From: Eledone cirrhosa
Lineage: Eukaryota
Length of the DNA stretch: 64,000 bases
Direction: 5' to 3'
Assembly: GCA_964016885.1 (NCBI GenBank)
Contig: OZ024743.1
Location: forward strand, 90,148,001-90,212,000
Below are positions 25,403 to 40,093 of the stretch, one piece after another (the first letter of the stretch is position 1; each line of letters begins with the position of its first letter). Below the pieces are notes generated by a model, which had not been told where the DNA came from, did no database searches, and saw only the letters and a list, made by a program, of their open reading frames with translations. The translations under genes and the position numbers were made by a program.

Positions 25403-25592
25403 GAGCGGTGGACTGGCAGATCGGTAGAGCGTCAGACACCATGCATTGCAGCATAGAGTTGTGGCCCTTCACGTTCTGAGATCAAATCCCACCAAGGTTA
25501 ACTTTGCCTTTCATCCTTACCGGGTTGATAAAATAAAGTACCAGTAATGCGCTAGGTAATTGCTGGCCTTGTGCCAAAAGTAGAAACAATTA
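25403..25592 (+). mobile_element. tRNA-derived SINE family 1 copy
   Basis: A/B-box-like head and conserved core GCCTTTCATCCTTACGGGGTCGATAAAATAAAGTACCAG, present in >10 copies in the window. Confidence 0.85.
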
Positions 25593-25701
25593 TTAAGCGC
25601 CACCAAGTATTAAAGATCAATATGGCATTTTAAGTGTTATATATATATATATGTATATATATGTATGTATATGTATATGTATTTATATATGTATGTATAT
25701 G

Positions 25702-25736
<35 letters not shown>

Positions 25737-25829
25737 ATGTATGTAAAAGTAATAAGAAAAATAACAAAAGAAATTGAACAGTACATAGAAGAAATATATA
25801 AGTTTAACGCTTGAAATAGCCGGAAGAGA

Positions 25830-25866
25830 GTTTTAACGTTTCGGATACTACTCCTTCTTCAGAAGA
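25830..25866 (-). ncRNA. Minimal type-I hammerhead ribozyme motif (family A, degenerate stem I)
   Basis: Reverse complement: tctt-CTGAAGA-a-ggagtagtatcc-GAAA-cg-TT. Confidence 0.55.
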
Positions 25867-25949
25867 TAGAGTTAGAAATAGAAGATAAATAGAAAGTAAA
25901 GAGTGATGAACGAAAGGAACGGGGAAAATGAGAAAAAAATATATATATA

Positions 25950-26088
25950 TATTTATATATATAGTACTTAAGTACATATATACGACAACAAAATATATAT
26001 ATATATATACAGTACTTAAGTACATATATACGACACAACAAAATATATATATATATATACAGTACTTAAGTACAGATATACGACACAA

Positions 26089-26127
<39 letters not shown>

Positions 26128-26198
26128 AAGTACATATATACGACACAACAAAATATATATATATATATATATATAGTACTTAAGTACATATATACAAC

Positions 26199-26242
<44 letters not shown>

Positions 26243-26264
26243 TACTTAAGTACATATATACAAC

Positions 26265-26295
<31 letters not shown>

Positions 26296-26372
26296 CAGTA
26301 CTTAAGTACATATATACGACACAACAATATATATATATATATATAGTACTTAAGTACATATATACGACACAA

Positions 26373-26408
<36 letters not shown>

Positions 26409-26434
26409 TACTTAAGTACATATATACGACACAA

Positions 26435-26470
<36 letters not shown>

Positions 26471-26544
26471 TACTTAAGTACATATATACGACACAACAAT
26501 ATATATATATATATATAGTACTTAAGTACATATATACGACACAA

Positions 26545-26575
<31 letters not shown>

Positions 26576-26704
26576 CAGTACTTAAGTACATATATACGAC
26601 ACAACAATATATATATATATATAGTACTTAAGTACATATATACGACACAACAAAATATATATATATATATATATATATACAGTACTTAAGTACATATATA
26701 CGAC

Positions 26705-26735
<31 letters not shown>

Positions 26736-27120
26736 CAGTATTTAAGTACATATATACGACACAACAAAATATATATATATACAGTACTTAAGTACATATA
26801 TACGACACAACAATATATATATATATATATATATACAGTATTTAAGTACATATATACGACACAACAAAATATATATATATACAGTACTTAAGTACATATA
26901 TACGACACAACAATATATATATATATATATATATACAGTATTTAAGTACATATATACGACACAACAAAATATATATATATACAGTACTTAAGTACATATA
27001 TACGACACAACAATATATATATATATATATATATACAGTATTTAAGTACATATATACGACACAACAAAATATATATATATACAGTACTTAAGTACATATA
27101 TACGACACAACAAAATATAT
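25950..27120. repeat. Compound minisatellite: AGTACTTAAGTACATATATACGACACAACAA + variable (TA)n, >20 units
   Basis: Direct reading; core GTACTTAAGTAC is a perfect palindrome. Confidence 0.93.
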
Positions 27121-27589
27121 CAAATAAATTTAATAAATGGTTGAAACTATTTTCAAAGTGGAATATTTGAGGTTAAACAATATTTTTTGTATAATTTATG
27201 TTTAAATATAAAATGTTGGCACCAACACCACTGCAGTGTTGCTACTCTCTCTCTCTCTCCCCTAAACATAAACACTCACTCTCATACCACCCCCTTTCCA
27301 GAAGATGACAGACAATTTACACCACAGATACACCCACAACAATTATACAGAAAGCCATCTGTTCACTTGTCAAGTTCAGTTGATTTACTTGTTTTGTTTT
27401 TGTTTCTTTCTTTCTTTTAAAAAGTTAACTCTTTCAAGAGGAATTTTTATACAGTCAATGGAGGATGGTGTGTAAGAGGGGGAGAAGAAGAAGAAGAAGA
27501 AGAAGGAAGTAGAGGAGAAGGGGTAAGAAGAAGTGGAGGAGGAGGAGGAGGAGGAGCTACACTACAGTAAAACACACTTCATTGCACCA

Positions 27590-27780
27590 GGGCGGTGGAT
27601 TGGCAGTATCGGTAGGCAGTCGGACGCTATGCTTTGCAGTATAGAGTTACGCCCTTTTACGGTATGAGTTCAAATACCGCCGAGGTTAACTTTGCTTTTC
27701 ATCCTTACAGAGTCGATAAAACAAAGTACCAGTAATGCACTGGGTAATTACTGACCTTGTGCCAAAAGTAGAAACAATTA
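27590..27780 (+). mobile_element. SINE family 1 copy
   Basis: Matches the family consensus. Confidence 0.85.
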
Positions 27781-27819
27781 AATTACACTATACATCACCA
27801 CACTACACTACATCACACT

Positions 27820-28478
27820 ATACTATTTCATATTGCAACATTAGCATCACTCAGCAAGACCTTTGTCAGCAGCTCTCCAGCTATCTATTTAAAGCTGTAT
27901 ATAGCTATGGTGCACCCACACTTACAATTTGATTCACCAGTCTGGAACCCCTTATCTTGCTCAGAATATTGATCTCCTGGAAACTGTTCAGAGGGAGCAA
28001 CCAAATGAACACCTTGCTTCCCTGGACATGGATACATTAAAGCTCTGATGTCTGGCAACTGACTTGGTAGACACCCACAAGATTATTAACCATCTTTCCA
28101 ACAACAACCCTGAGCATCTTTTTGAATTCCATGTGTCTAACACCTGTGGACATGCTTACAAAATCAGAAAACAGTATAGCTGCCATGACTTTCGGAAGCA
28201 TTTTTTCACGTTCAGAATTGCTGAAGCATGGAGCAAGCCACCTGCATCAGTTGTTAGCTGTCAGGACACTGTATCCTATATTACTTCCATGTTTCCTGAA
28301 ATTTTGCCAACACTACTCCTGATACACCCCTTCCAGACACACATGTGTGTGTCTGTGTGTATATCATGACTCATACACTGTTCACTTTCCTGACATTTGT
28401 ACATTATTTCATGTACTATACATGCACCTTTGATGAGTTGCAGTGCACTGAGCACTGTACACAATAATTTTCATTATT
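27820..28478 (+). mobile_element. Degraded 3' end of a CR1/L2-like LINE
   Basis: Translated fragments SPVWNP, IDLLETVQR, TCGHAYKIRKQ...FRKHFF..RIAEAW resemble the CR1-group RT C-terminus. Confidence 0.7.
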
Positions 28479-28487
28479 ATTCATAAA

Positions 28488-28680
28488 GGGCGGTGGATTG
28501 GCAGTATTGGTAAAGAGTCGGAGGCCATGCTTTGAAGCATAAAGTTACGGCCCTTTATGGTCTGAGTTCAAATCCTGCCGAGGATAACTTTTCCTTTCAT
28601 CCTTACGGGGTTGATAAAATAAAGTACCAGTAATGTACTGGGATAATTGCTGGCCTTGTGCCAAAAGTAGAAACAATTAT
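28488..28680 (+). mobile_element. SINE family 1 copy
   Basis: Matches the family consensus. Confidence 0.85.
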
Positions 28681-28808
28681 TATTCATCCTTTCTCTCTTT
28701 TTTCTTTCTTCACCCTTTCTTTCTTTTTTCTTTTGTTTTTCATCTCTACCAGTTTTCCAAGACAAAGGTAATAACCCATTAACATTAATATAGTAACCAA
28801 CTACTTAC

Positions 28809-28918
28809 CCCTCTCACGAATGCTATGTAGAAACAAGAACTGTAGGAGTTGACAAAATGGAAAGCAAATAGTTTGATGATAAGAGCATCATCAAAACTGG
28901 ACTTGGTTCGGTGGTTTT
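28809..28918 (-). CDS. ANO: Anoctamin/TMEM16 exon: (E)NHRTKSSFDDALIIKLFAFHFVNSYSSCFYIAFVRG
   Basis: ttcttgtag acceptor, GTAAGT donor; hallmark ENHRT...KLFxFxFVNSYxxxFYIAF motif; phase 1 to 0. Confidence 0.95.
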
Positions 28919-29254
28919 CTACAAGAAAAAAAACAATAAGACATTAGACAGGAACTTTCAGGGTCTCGAATAATCATTGCTCCCTCCCCTGTTTATTAAT
29001 TTTTCAGATTTTTTTCAACCTCTTGCTCATATTTCAACTCCTCACCATCCTTGCTGCTTATTAAATTTTGTTAATATATCCCCAGCAAAATTGTATTTTA
29101 AGTGGTAGCATTCCTGCAACAATTAATTTTCTTTATACATTAAGGTGGTCGAGATGGTGACATGACAGAAAGCACCCAGTCTATCCTGTCTAGTGGTTGT
29201 GTTGAGGATGCAACAAAAATAGTTCACACTATAAAGTGTTTGTTTTGGTGCCAC

Positions 29255-29443
29255 AACAAAAAGTACCCAGTCCACACTGTAAATATGGTTGGTGTTAGGA
29301 AAGGCATCCATCTATAGAAACCAAGCTAGAAACAGTTCTGTATGAGCAAGACACAGTCATCTGATCTGACTTGTCTCACAATGAGACAACTCGTCTATCC
29401 CATGTTAGCATGGAAAATGGATGTTAAACAGTGATGATGATGA
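29255..29443 (+). mobile_element. RTE 3'-tail-derived short element
   Basis: Matches the reverse complement of the RTE 3' end at 55241-55430 (GGTTGGTGTTAGGAA.GGCATCCA...AGCATGGAA.ATGGATGTTAAAC, GAT repeats). Confidence 0.7.
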
Positions 29444-29570
29444 TATATCATGTGACCACATTTAGCCCCATCTACCACATGATAGACACTACACTATTGA
29501 TCTCTGGGTCATCTTATTCATGTAAGAATAAATAAAGAATTGATAAATTATACTGAAATAAAATACTCAC

Positions 29571-29607
29571 CCCAACAGGTGAGTTTGTTGGCCAACTTTG
29601 TGTAAAT
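29571..29607 (-). CDS. ANO: Anoctamin exon: IYTKLANKLTCW(E), 37 nt
   Basis: cttttccag acceptor, GTGAGT donor; phase 0 to 1 links both neighbouring exons; Y..LA..LT.WE motif. Confidence 0.92.
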
Positions 29608-29807
29608 CTGGAAAAGAAATAAAACTGCATGACATTATCAGCAAAATCTTCATTATATAATAATAACAAAATGAACTAGAAATGTAAGACCAAAAAATTG
29701 AAGAGGTACAAAAAATTGATAGTCATTAAGGAGGTCACAGATTGATGTGATGAAAGAGCTTTGGCAGAAGAATAAAGATAAAGTGAAAGTTATATGGTGT
29801 GTGTATT

Positions 29808-30486
29808 CAACACTATGACCACCACCCACATCACACACCCAACACAATGACCACCACCACCACCCAACCAACACTATGACTACCACCACCACCCAACCAA
29901 CACTATGACAACCACCACCACCACCACCCAACCAACACTATAACAACAACCACCACCACCCAACCAACATTATAACCACCACCACCACCACCCAACCAAC
30001 ACTATAACCACCACCACCACCAGCACCCAACCAACACTATAACCACCACCACCACCACCACCCAACCAACACTATAACCACCACCACCACCCAACCAACA
30101 CTATAACCACCACCACCACCACCCAACCAACACTATAACCACCACCACCACCACCACCCAACCAACACTATAACCACCACCACCCAACCAACACTATAAC
30201 CACCACCACCACCACCACCCAACCAACACTATAACCACCACCACCACCACCACCACCCAACCAACACTATAACCACCACCACCCAACCAACATTATGACC
30301 ACCACCACCACCACCACCACCACAACCACTACCACCACCCAACCAACACTACGACCACCACCACCACCACCCAGCCAACACTAGGACCATCACCACCACC
30401 CAACCAACACTATGACCACCACCACCACTACCACCACCACCACCACCACCACCACAACCACTACCACCACCCAGGCAACACTAGGA
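29808..30486. repeat. VNTR of CACCCAACCAACACTATAA + (CCA)n
   Basis: Direct reading. Confidence 0.9.
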
Positions 30487-30531
30487 CCTCAATGCAATAG
30501 TCAAAAAATAAATATCATGAAAGATCCTTAC

Positions 30532-30687
30532 AATTCCCAGCAGAAGAATGGAAACAGCATTAAGAAAGGAGGAGATAATGGTGGTTAACAGGAAACCGTG
30601 TATCTCTGAGACATTGTCACTGTAGTCAATGGATACTATGACGCGGTAGACAATCACACCTATGACACTGGCTCCGACTAAACAAAC
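30532..30687 (-). CDS. ANO: Anoctamin exon (TM3-TM4): VCLVGASVIGVIVYRVIVSIDYSDNVSEIHGFLLTTIISSFLNAVSILLLGI
   Basis: ttttcag acceptor, GTAAGG donor; 156 nt, phase 0-0; VIVYR and LNAVSI motifs. Confidence 0.93.
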
Positions 30688-30775
30688 CTGAAAATATATA
30701 ACAAAATAACAGACTAGCATCTTTTGGTCTTTGGTCTTTCACAGGAAGAAATTAACTACATTATCTTTTTGGAAA

Positions 30776-30948
30776 GTATGGGTAGAGGGTCGGACGCCAT
30801 GCTTTCTAGCATAGTTACGTCTCTTTACAGTCTGAGTTCAAATCCCGCCGAGGTTAACTTTGCCTTTCATCCTTACGGGGTCGATAAAATAAAGTACCAG
30901 TAATGTACTGGGTGATTGCTGGCCTTGTGCCTAAAGTAGAAACAATTA
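30776..30948 (+). mobile_element. SINE family 1 copy (5'-truncated)
   Basis: Matches the family consensus. Confidence 0.85.
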
Positions 30949-31293
30949 TCTTTATATATATAAAAGCGAGGATGTGTGTGTGTCTGTGTACAACTTTGCA
31001 TACTTAAGGCTTTTATAATTACCAACTGAATTTGACCAAATTTTCTGTGCACGTTGCACAGGTCGCTAAGATTGTCACATCACAAACATTTTTCAAATTG
31101 ACCAACATTGAGCAATAAAAAATCGATATCAAAATTATCGGTAGCAAAATTGATGTAAGAGAGATAACCAACTTTATTGACCGAAATATAAACATCAGAT
31201 TCATTTGAAGATAAATCACTAATATTATCGTTTGTTTCTTGTTTATTCTTTGTTGCATTTCAAACCCCGGGCAACGCCAGGTAAATCTGCTAG
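30949..31293 (+). mobile_element. Non-autonomous Helitron
   Basis: 5' TC(TTTATATATATAAAAGCG); subterminal GC-rich hairpin CCCGGGCAACGCCAGG; 3' CTAG; inserted between A and T with no TSD. Confidence 0.8.
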
Positions 31294-31372
31294 TATATTC
31301 GATACATAGATATATGTAGATATTTATATATACACACACACACAGATATATCATTATTATCATCATCAGTGA

Positions 31373-31592
31373 GGGCGGTGGATTGGCAGTATCGGTAGAG
31401 GGTCGGACGCCATGCTTTCCAGCATAAAGTTACGGCTCTTTATGATCTGAGCTCAAATCCCACCGAGGTTAACTTTGCCTTTCATCCTTATTGGGTCGAT
31501 AAAATAAAGTACCAGTCACGCACTGGGGTCGATTTAATCGACTTTCCCCTCTCCCCCAAATTACTGGCCTTGTGCCTATATAAGAAACCATT
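31373..31592 (+). mobile_element. SINE family 1 copy (long variant with GTCGATTTAATCGAC segment)
   Basis: Family consensus plus ~30 extra nt also seen at ~61020. Confidence 0.85.
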
Positions 31593-31607
31593 ATTATCAT
31601 CATCAGT

Positions 31608-31797
31608 GGACGGTGGATTGGCAGTATCGGTAGAAGGTCGGACGCCATGCTTTCCAGCATAGTTTCGCCCCTTTACGGTCTGAGTTCAAATCCTGCCGAG
31701 GTTCACTTTGCCTTTCATCCTTACGGGGTCGATAAAATAAAGTACCAGTAATGTACTGGGTAATTGCTGGCCTTGTGCCAAAAGTAGAAACAATTAT
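31608..31797 (+). mobile_element. SINE family 1 copy
   Basis: Matches the family consensus. Confidence 0.85.
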
Positions 31798-32543
31798 TAT
31801 CATCATCATTATCATCACCGTTTAACGTCCATTTCCATGCTTGCATGGATTAGACCGGTCGTCCATGTCGTGAAACAAGTCTGGCCAAACTTGGCCAAAA
31901 CGGTTAATTATATTACATTTTAATAACGTTTTAATAAATTAACGCATGTTTCATCCACATTTTTGAGCTGTAATAATTCATTCTTCGCCTATATCTATCT
32001 GTTTTCTTTTTCTTGTTCGAAAACGATCTTTTATAAACTATATCTATATGTGTGTGTGTTAAGTATTTCCGTGGAATAGGTAAAGGAAAGATGAATGCCC
32101 TATGTATAGTATAGAACTATTTAAATATATATATATAGAACTGCTGGATTTTCTAATCTACCAGTCTCTTCTTAGCGCTGAGGGAGACCATCACTAATCT
32201 ATTAATGTCGATATAATTCTTATATCGATATTATTTGGGCATCCACTGGCGAGTTTATATGAGCCCGCTTGTGTATAAAACTATGGATTATATACAAGTT
32301 TCTACATAACCTGGAAATTATTTATCCCAAATTGTAGAAATCTTATAACGAAAGGGCCGTCTGGAAGGAAAGAGATATTTATTTAATAATGTCTCATATA
32401 AAATAATACAACCAGCTATCCACGAAATACTGATTAGTTAGCACCCCAAACACTAAATTGGGATAATACTTAGGTATATCCTAATGTTTGTTGAGTGAGA
32501 TGGAGTTGGTCGGAGTGTCGCTTAAGGCTTTCTCTGTTTATGT

Positions 32544-32589
<46 letters not shown>

Positions 32590-32793
32590 TGGAAAGCAGG
32601 GCATGCAGTTCAATTGCCAGCCATGGCGGAAAGTGGGGCTGTGCAGCCTTCACCCACCCCCACCCCCTAATTCGCTCTAAATGACCCTCCCGGTCAAAGC
32701 CGCATGTAGTGTTATCTTGTGTGTGTGTGTGTTATCTTTTTATGTGTCTACGATTTAGCAAGCAGCCAAAATTCTGCTTCCTTCAACCGACGC

Positions 32794-32876
<83 letters not shown>

Positions 32877-33017
32877 TATCTTTTTATGTGTCTACAATTT
32901 GTATACACAAATTCTCAGGTTACGTTCTTACATAAAATTAGGATAAAATATTTTTCATAAATATAAACGAGGATTCAGGCAGTGCTATATCAAAAGGGTT
33001 AAACTACTTATACTCAC

Positions 33018-33089
33018 CATAAATAGAACCACAGATCCTGAACAGAGATATTTGAACACACGATTCCACATTGGATAATAATAGGACTT
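33018..33089 (-). CDS. ANO: Anoctamin exon: KSYYYPMWNRVFKYLCSGSVVLFM
   Basis: AAG-AAG tandem acceptor, GTGAGT donor; 72 nt, phase 0-0; continues in frame into VCLVG. Confidence 0.88.
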
Positions 33090-33683
33090 CTTGATGACAT
33101 GAAAATATAAGTTACAAAATATTATTTCTTTGTTAGCATTAATATCTTTATAATATACAACAAATAGTAAAAATAAAATAAAATCATTTTATTCCTTACT
33201 ATTGTTTTTAACAACATTCTTTAATAACATCTAACTCTTATTTATCACATCTATATGAATTAATATAAATGTATCCCTATAAGTATACCTATCAATTAAA
33301 TTAATTTAATTTCTTTTTATAGATCTAAATTCCTTATGTTTTAAATAAGATTGGTATTTCTCACTAACACATTTATCCTAAAATTTTATTCTCCTTCGAT
33401 TTTAACATTAGCATTATTCTTTAATAACATCAAATTTTCGTGTACCTTTCACCGGCTTGACCTTTTTTCATCCCCAAAGTAATCTTTACATTCAAAGTAT
33501 TTTTTCCATTCAAAACTGAAGTCTGCATTCCTCTACCCCTAAATTAAATTTCTACTACTACTATTCTATCAACTTGACCACTTACTACCTTTCTATTGGT
33601 CAACTCAAAACCTGTTCCCAAACAGACCTATTATATTAAATCTTTGTTGGTTTTTTTCAATAAACAAATATCATTATTTCTGA

Positions 33684-33782
33684 GAGGTTGACTTTGCCTT
33701 TCATCCTTACGGGGTCGATAAAATAAAGTACCAGTAATGCACTGGGTGATTGCTGGCCTTGTGCCTAAAGTAGAAACAATTA
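33684..33782 (+). mobile_element. SINE family 1, 3' half
   Basis: Core and tail match the consensus. Confidence 0.8.
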
Positions 33783-34092
33783 TTTCTGAAGACAGCATAT
33801 ATATGTGTAGGTATGTATATTCCCTCTGATAGTTTGTTTACATAGATGTATATGATATGCATACCAACACACACATATATATCCTAGAAACGATCGTAAA
33901 ATGATGAATTTTTTAATATAAGGAACTGTTTCTTTGTTTTTATTCATTGTTTTTATTAATTTATCTTGACTCTGTTTTCCTGTGATTTTCATCGAAAAAA
34001 ATTTTGAATAGATCTTCTCTTTTCATGATATTTGGATTACACTGAGTTCTTCATACGGATTGGACACTACCGTATATTTTGGTAGATTTATC

Positions 34093-34131
<39 letters not shown>

Positions 34132-34610
34132 CGAAGGAGTTGTGGTAAGGGACCAGATGGACCATAATGCACCAGAGTACTTAATACTTAGGGTAGTAGA
34201 GTGGGTAATAGGAAAATGTATGACCCCGACGGCAGAGCTCAAGCATTTTCCTATATATATGTATATGTATGTATATATATATGTGTCTGTATATATATGT
34301 ATGTATATATATGTGTGTGTGTGTGTGTGCGAAACGGAAACAACGCAGTACAGTGGTGAAATATATGAGTGAAAAAATAGGAAAACTGTCTTAAGGATTT
34401 GGACACTAATCAAAGAAAATTAAAAGATGAAATAGAACGATAGAGAATGAGAAGAGGGGGTAACGGCAAAACAAATGCAGAAATAACACACGTGCATATT
34501 CACTCAGCCATATATATATATGTGCAAAAGGTAAACGGAAACAACAAAGTAAACAACACAGTACAGTGAAGAGATATATTAGTTTAACGCTTGAAGTAAT
34601 AGGAAAAGAG

Positions 34611-34645
34611 TCTTGACATTTCGGACACTAGTCCTTCATCGGGAG
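34611..34645 (-). ncRNA. Minimal type-I hammerhead motif (family A, CCGATGA variant)
   Basis: Reverse complement: tctc-CCGATGA-a-ggac tagt gtcc-GAAA-tg-TC-aaga. Confidence 0.5.
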
Positions 34646-34820
34646 ATAGAAAGAGAAATAAAAGATGAAATAGAAAGATAGAGAGTCAGAAAAGGAAGAA
34701 GCGGAAAAAAAAACAGAAAAAAAAACACATGCGTATTCACTCAGCCATATATATATATATGCCCCAGCATGGCCTCAGCCGGATGGCTGGAACAGGTAAA
34801 AGAGTAAAAGAGTGAAAGAG

Positions 34821-34881
<61 letters not shown>

Positions 34882-34883
34882 AT

Positions 34884-35278
34884 ATATTGTTATACTTTGG
34901 GAGGGTCATGTTGCCAATAAGAAACACACGCACCAGTTGTTTCACTTCAATTTATTATAAATTTCCGGTTGGTTGGTTGGTTCCACAACCGGATGGTTTT
35001 TCATATATTGTCAAAGTTCTTTCGTCACACATTCTGTGACCTCTTCAGTGACTGGGGATTTTTTTCTTTAGGACAGAACAAAGGAGAGGCACAAAACAAA
35101 GAAAAGAATCCCCAGTCACTGAAGAGGTCACAACGTGTGACGAAAGAACTTTGACAATATATGAAAAACCATCCGGTTGTGGAACCAACCAACCGGAAAT
35201 TTATAATAAATTGAAGTGAAAGTAAATGGTGCGTGTGTTTCTTATTGGCAACATGACCCTCCCAAAGTATAACAATAT
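34884..35278. mobile_element. Palindromic Penelope-LTR-derived element with a hammerhead motif in each arm
   Basis: ~185-nt inverted arms; + strand core gtca-CTGAAGA-g-gtcaca acg tgtgac-GAAA-gaac-TT-tgac at 35115-35155; homologous to 36380-36600. Confidence 0.8.
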
Positions 35279-35644
35279 CGGTTTCAACACACGTTTTCAG
35301 GTAAAGAATCTTGCTAAACAAATTCAGAAAAGATATATATATATATATATATATATATATGGAATAGAATGAAACAAAATTTCATTTCTCACTCTTAGTA
35401 CAGCACTTACTTAAATGTAAGTATGTATGTATGTATACGTACATACATATATGTATACAGACGTACAGTAGTATGTATATATATATATATATACACACAC
35501 ATGTGTGCATGTATGTATATATATACATACTACTGTACGTCTGTATACATATATGTATGTACGTATACATACATACATACTTATATATATATATGTATAT
35601 TTATATATTTATATATATATATATGTATATTTATATATTTATAT

Positions 35645-35690
<46 letters not shown>

Positions 35691-35715
35691 AATTATATAT
35701 ATATATATATATGTA

Positions 35716-35830
<115 letters not shown>

Positions 35831-35831
35831 T

Positions 35832-36374
<543 letters not shown>

Positions 36375-36379
36375 TTATA

Positions 36380-37890
36380 TATTGTTATACTTTGGGAGGG
36401 TCATGTTTACAATAAGAAACACACGCACCAGTCGTTTCACTTCAATTTATTATATATTTATAAATTTATAAATTTACAAATCTACAAACTTATAAATTTC
36501 TGGTTGGTTGGTTGGTTCCACAACCAGATAGTTGTTTATATATAGTCATAGTCCTTTCGTCACACACTCTGTGACCTCTTCAGTGACTGGGGATTCCCAT
36601 CTTTGTTTCTGTGCCTTTCCTTTCTTCTGTCCTACGCCATTTTGTTTCTGTGTGTGTGTTGTGTGCTCAGTTTGCGCATGTGCCACATCCGGGTGTCTGT
36701 GTGTGTTTGTGTTCATTTATCTATTTGTTTATTTATTTACATGTTGTTGGTTGGTTGTTTGTTCTATGTGTGTGTGTGTTTTCATTTTGTCCTTAATTGT
36801 AAGTTGTGATGTTGCTGTTCCACTCATATTTTCTATTTAATTTTGGTTGTAATTCTTTTATGCTTACTGCCTCTGTAATTTGCCTAAACATTGCATCTTT
36901 TCTGTGTGTGGATTCTATTTTTTTTATTTCTGTTCTCTAATTTACCCTGTGTTCTATCTTAGCATGTTGGTAGAGTACAGATGATTCTTTATTATCTTGA
37001 AGGTCTCGCCAGTGTTCATTTATTCGTTCCCCTATACTACGAGCTGTCTCACCTATGTACACTATATTTTTGTTTCTACATTGTCCTTCAGTACATCTTA
37101 TGCTATACACTACATTTCTAGTTTTACAGTTAATATGGGGGCTTATTTTACAGGTTATACATTTCTTATTTATACATTAGGGTCTTTGGAACGGGTATGT
37201 CTTGCTAATAAGTGTTTTTACGGAGGTACCTGGTCTTTCTACTATCTTAATATTGAGTTTATGTTTATTTAGGGCCCTTCTAAATTTGTAGGCTAGTTCG
37301 CCTCTAGGGGTTGTATTGATGAACATTACACTCTGGTATTTATTGCTATCATACCATGAGTTTATTCTATTGGCCTTGTTCCTAGTTCTTTCTATTCTAT
37401 TCCAAAATTTGCTCCTATACAAGGGGCAGGTCCCATTTATGTCATTATTTACCATTTTTTCCCATTTGGTTCTGGCTCCTCTATACACTCTGATTCTATC
37501 TCTCTGATTGTAGCCAGAGAACTGCATACGGTGGATGAAGTGATGTATGTGTCTCTCTAGTTCTTCGGGGTTGCACATGCGGGACACATTTCTCATCACC
37601 CGTACCAAATCCGCAATCAGTATGTTGATTTTGGTATGGTCCGAAATGGCCGAGTTTCGGTGGATCAGATGTTTGGAATTCATGGGTTTGGCATAATGGG
37701 AATGAAGGATTTGTTTTTGGTTGTTAATGTATCTAACCAGAGCTCTGTGTCTAGTACAGGTAATCGATGGTTGGGGTGTCTACTTGGGTAGTCTATAGTA
37801 ACTCTAATGCTCTGGTGGATGGAGTTTGCTATTTGCTGGATGCTTTCCATTGTGTTTTTCTCTAGTTCCTGACTGTTCTTTAGTGGAATT
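36380..37890 (-). mobile_element. 5'-truncated Penelope-like element (RT thumb + GIY-YIG + 3' pLTR), degraded, within (TA)n
   Basis: Minus-strand translation RLPVLD, HYAKPMNSK, MQFSGY, TTPRGELA, NVVYSIRC...VYIGETARSIGERINEH with stops and frameshifts. Confidence 0.85.
36544..36588 (-). ncRNA. Type-I hammerhead ribozyme in the PLE 3' LTR
   Basis: Reverse complement: agtca-CTGAAGA-g-gtcaca gagtg tgtgac-GAAA-ggac-TA-tgact; canonical core, stems I and II paired. Confidence 0.8.
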
Positions 37891-38165
37891 ATATTTATAT
37901 ATTTATATATATATATGTATATTTATATATTTATATATATATGTATAATATATATATATAAATATATATACATTTATATATATATATTTATATATATATA
38001 TATGTATATTTATATATTTTATATATATATGTATATATATATATATGTATATTTATATATATAGATATATATATATATGTATATTTATATATATATATAT
38101 ATGTATATTTATATATATATATTTATATATATATATATGTATATTTATATATATATATGTATATT

Positions 38166-38237
<72 letters not shown>

Positions 38238-38300
38238 ATTTATATATTTATATATATATATATATGTATATTTATATATTTATATGTATATTTATATATT

Positions 38301-38331
<31 letters not shown>

Positions 38332-38470
38332 GTATATTTATATATATATGTGTGTATATTTATATATGTGTATATTTATATATGTATATTTATATATTTA
38401 TATATTTATATGTGTATATTTATATGTGTATATTTATATATTTATATATGTGTATATTTATATATGTGTA

Positions 38471-38515
<45 letters not shown>

Positions 38516-39219
38516 TTATATATTTATATATGTATATATAGTAATAATAATAAAATTGAAGACTAAAATCGAAAGAGGGCTCGATAAGGAAAAGTAAGGT
38601 TTTGCGTTTGCTTGTATATGTACGTATCTGTTTGCGTGTATGTATTTATTTGTTTCTATTACTTCTGTATTGTATTTATTTACTTTGTTCTTAACTCCGT
38701 AGCGGAGATTCATTTGGTCTCCTAGTTAGAATTTTAGTCTACGATTTCTGCTATACCATTTACGTGGTTTTGTCTTTGCGTGCTATTGTTCTCTACGCTC
38801 CACATATGACTTATTATCTTCGTTTTTTCGTTCATTGCCAGAGAACGTCTCTATGCACCACCTAAGAGAACATTAGTCTACGACCTCTTTTATACCATGA
38901 ACGTGGTTTTATCTTTGCGTGTAATTGTTTTTCACCGCTCCTATTAATGACGTATTATTCGTTTTTTCCCGTTCTTTGCCAGCGAACGTTACCACGAACC
39001 AAAGTATCGTCTTCCTGTCTTCCTCCGGTTGCAACGTTTTTTGAAATATCCAGTTCTGCGTTTACAGATTGACTTTGTTAGTTTCAGAAGATCCCGTTTA
39101 GGGTGAAAGCAGCGATTCTTTGCTTAAACTTTAATCTGTTATTTTAATAAATATATGTATATATATATATTTATATATATATATATTTATATATATATAT
39201 ATTTATTTATATATATATA

Positions 39220-39298
<79 letters not shown>

Positions 39299-39393
39299 TT
39301 ATATATATATATATTTATATATATACATATATATATATATATATTTATTTATATATATATATATATATTTATATATATTTATATATATATTTA

Positions 39394-39479
<86 letters not shown>

Positions 39480-39485
39480 TATGTA

Positions 39486-39524
<39 letters not shown>

Positions 39525-39569
39525 TTATTTATATATATATATATTTATTTATATATATATATATTTATT

Positions 39570-39628
<59 letters not shown>

Positions 39629-39633
39629 ATATA

Positions 39634-39710
<77 letters not shown>

Positions 39711-39733
39711 TTTTATATATATATATATATATA

Positions 39734-40023
<290 letters not shown>

Positions 40024-40032
40024 ATATTTATA

Positions 40033-40088
<56 letters not shown>

Positions 40089-40093
<5 letters not shown>

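Noticed and set aside
39078-39120. Hammerhead-like CAGAAGA-tccc gttta gggt-GAAA-gcagc (also ~40805, ~42475)
   Set aside because: Core U is replaced by A and there is no UH triplet or paired stem I; at best a dead relic
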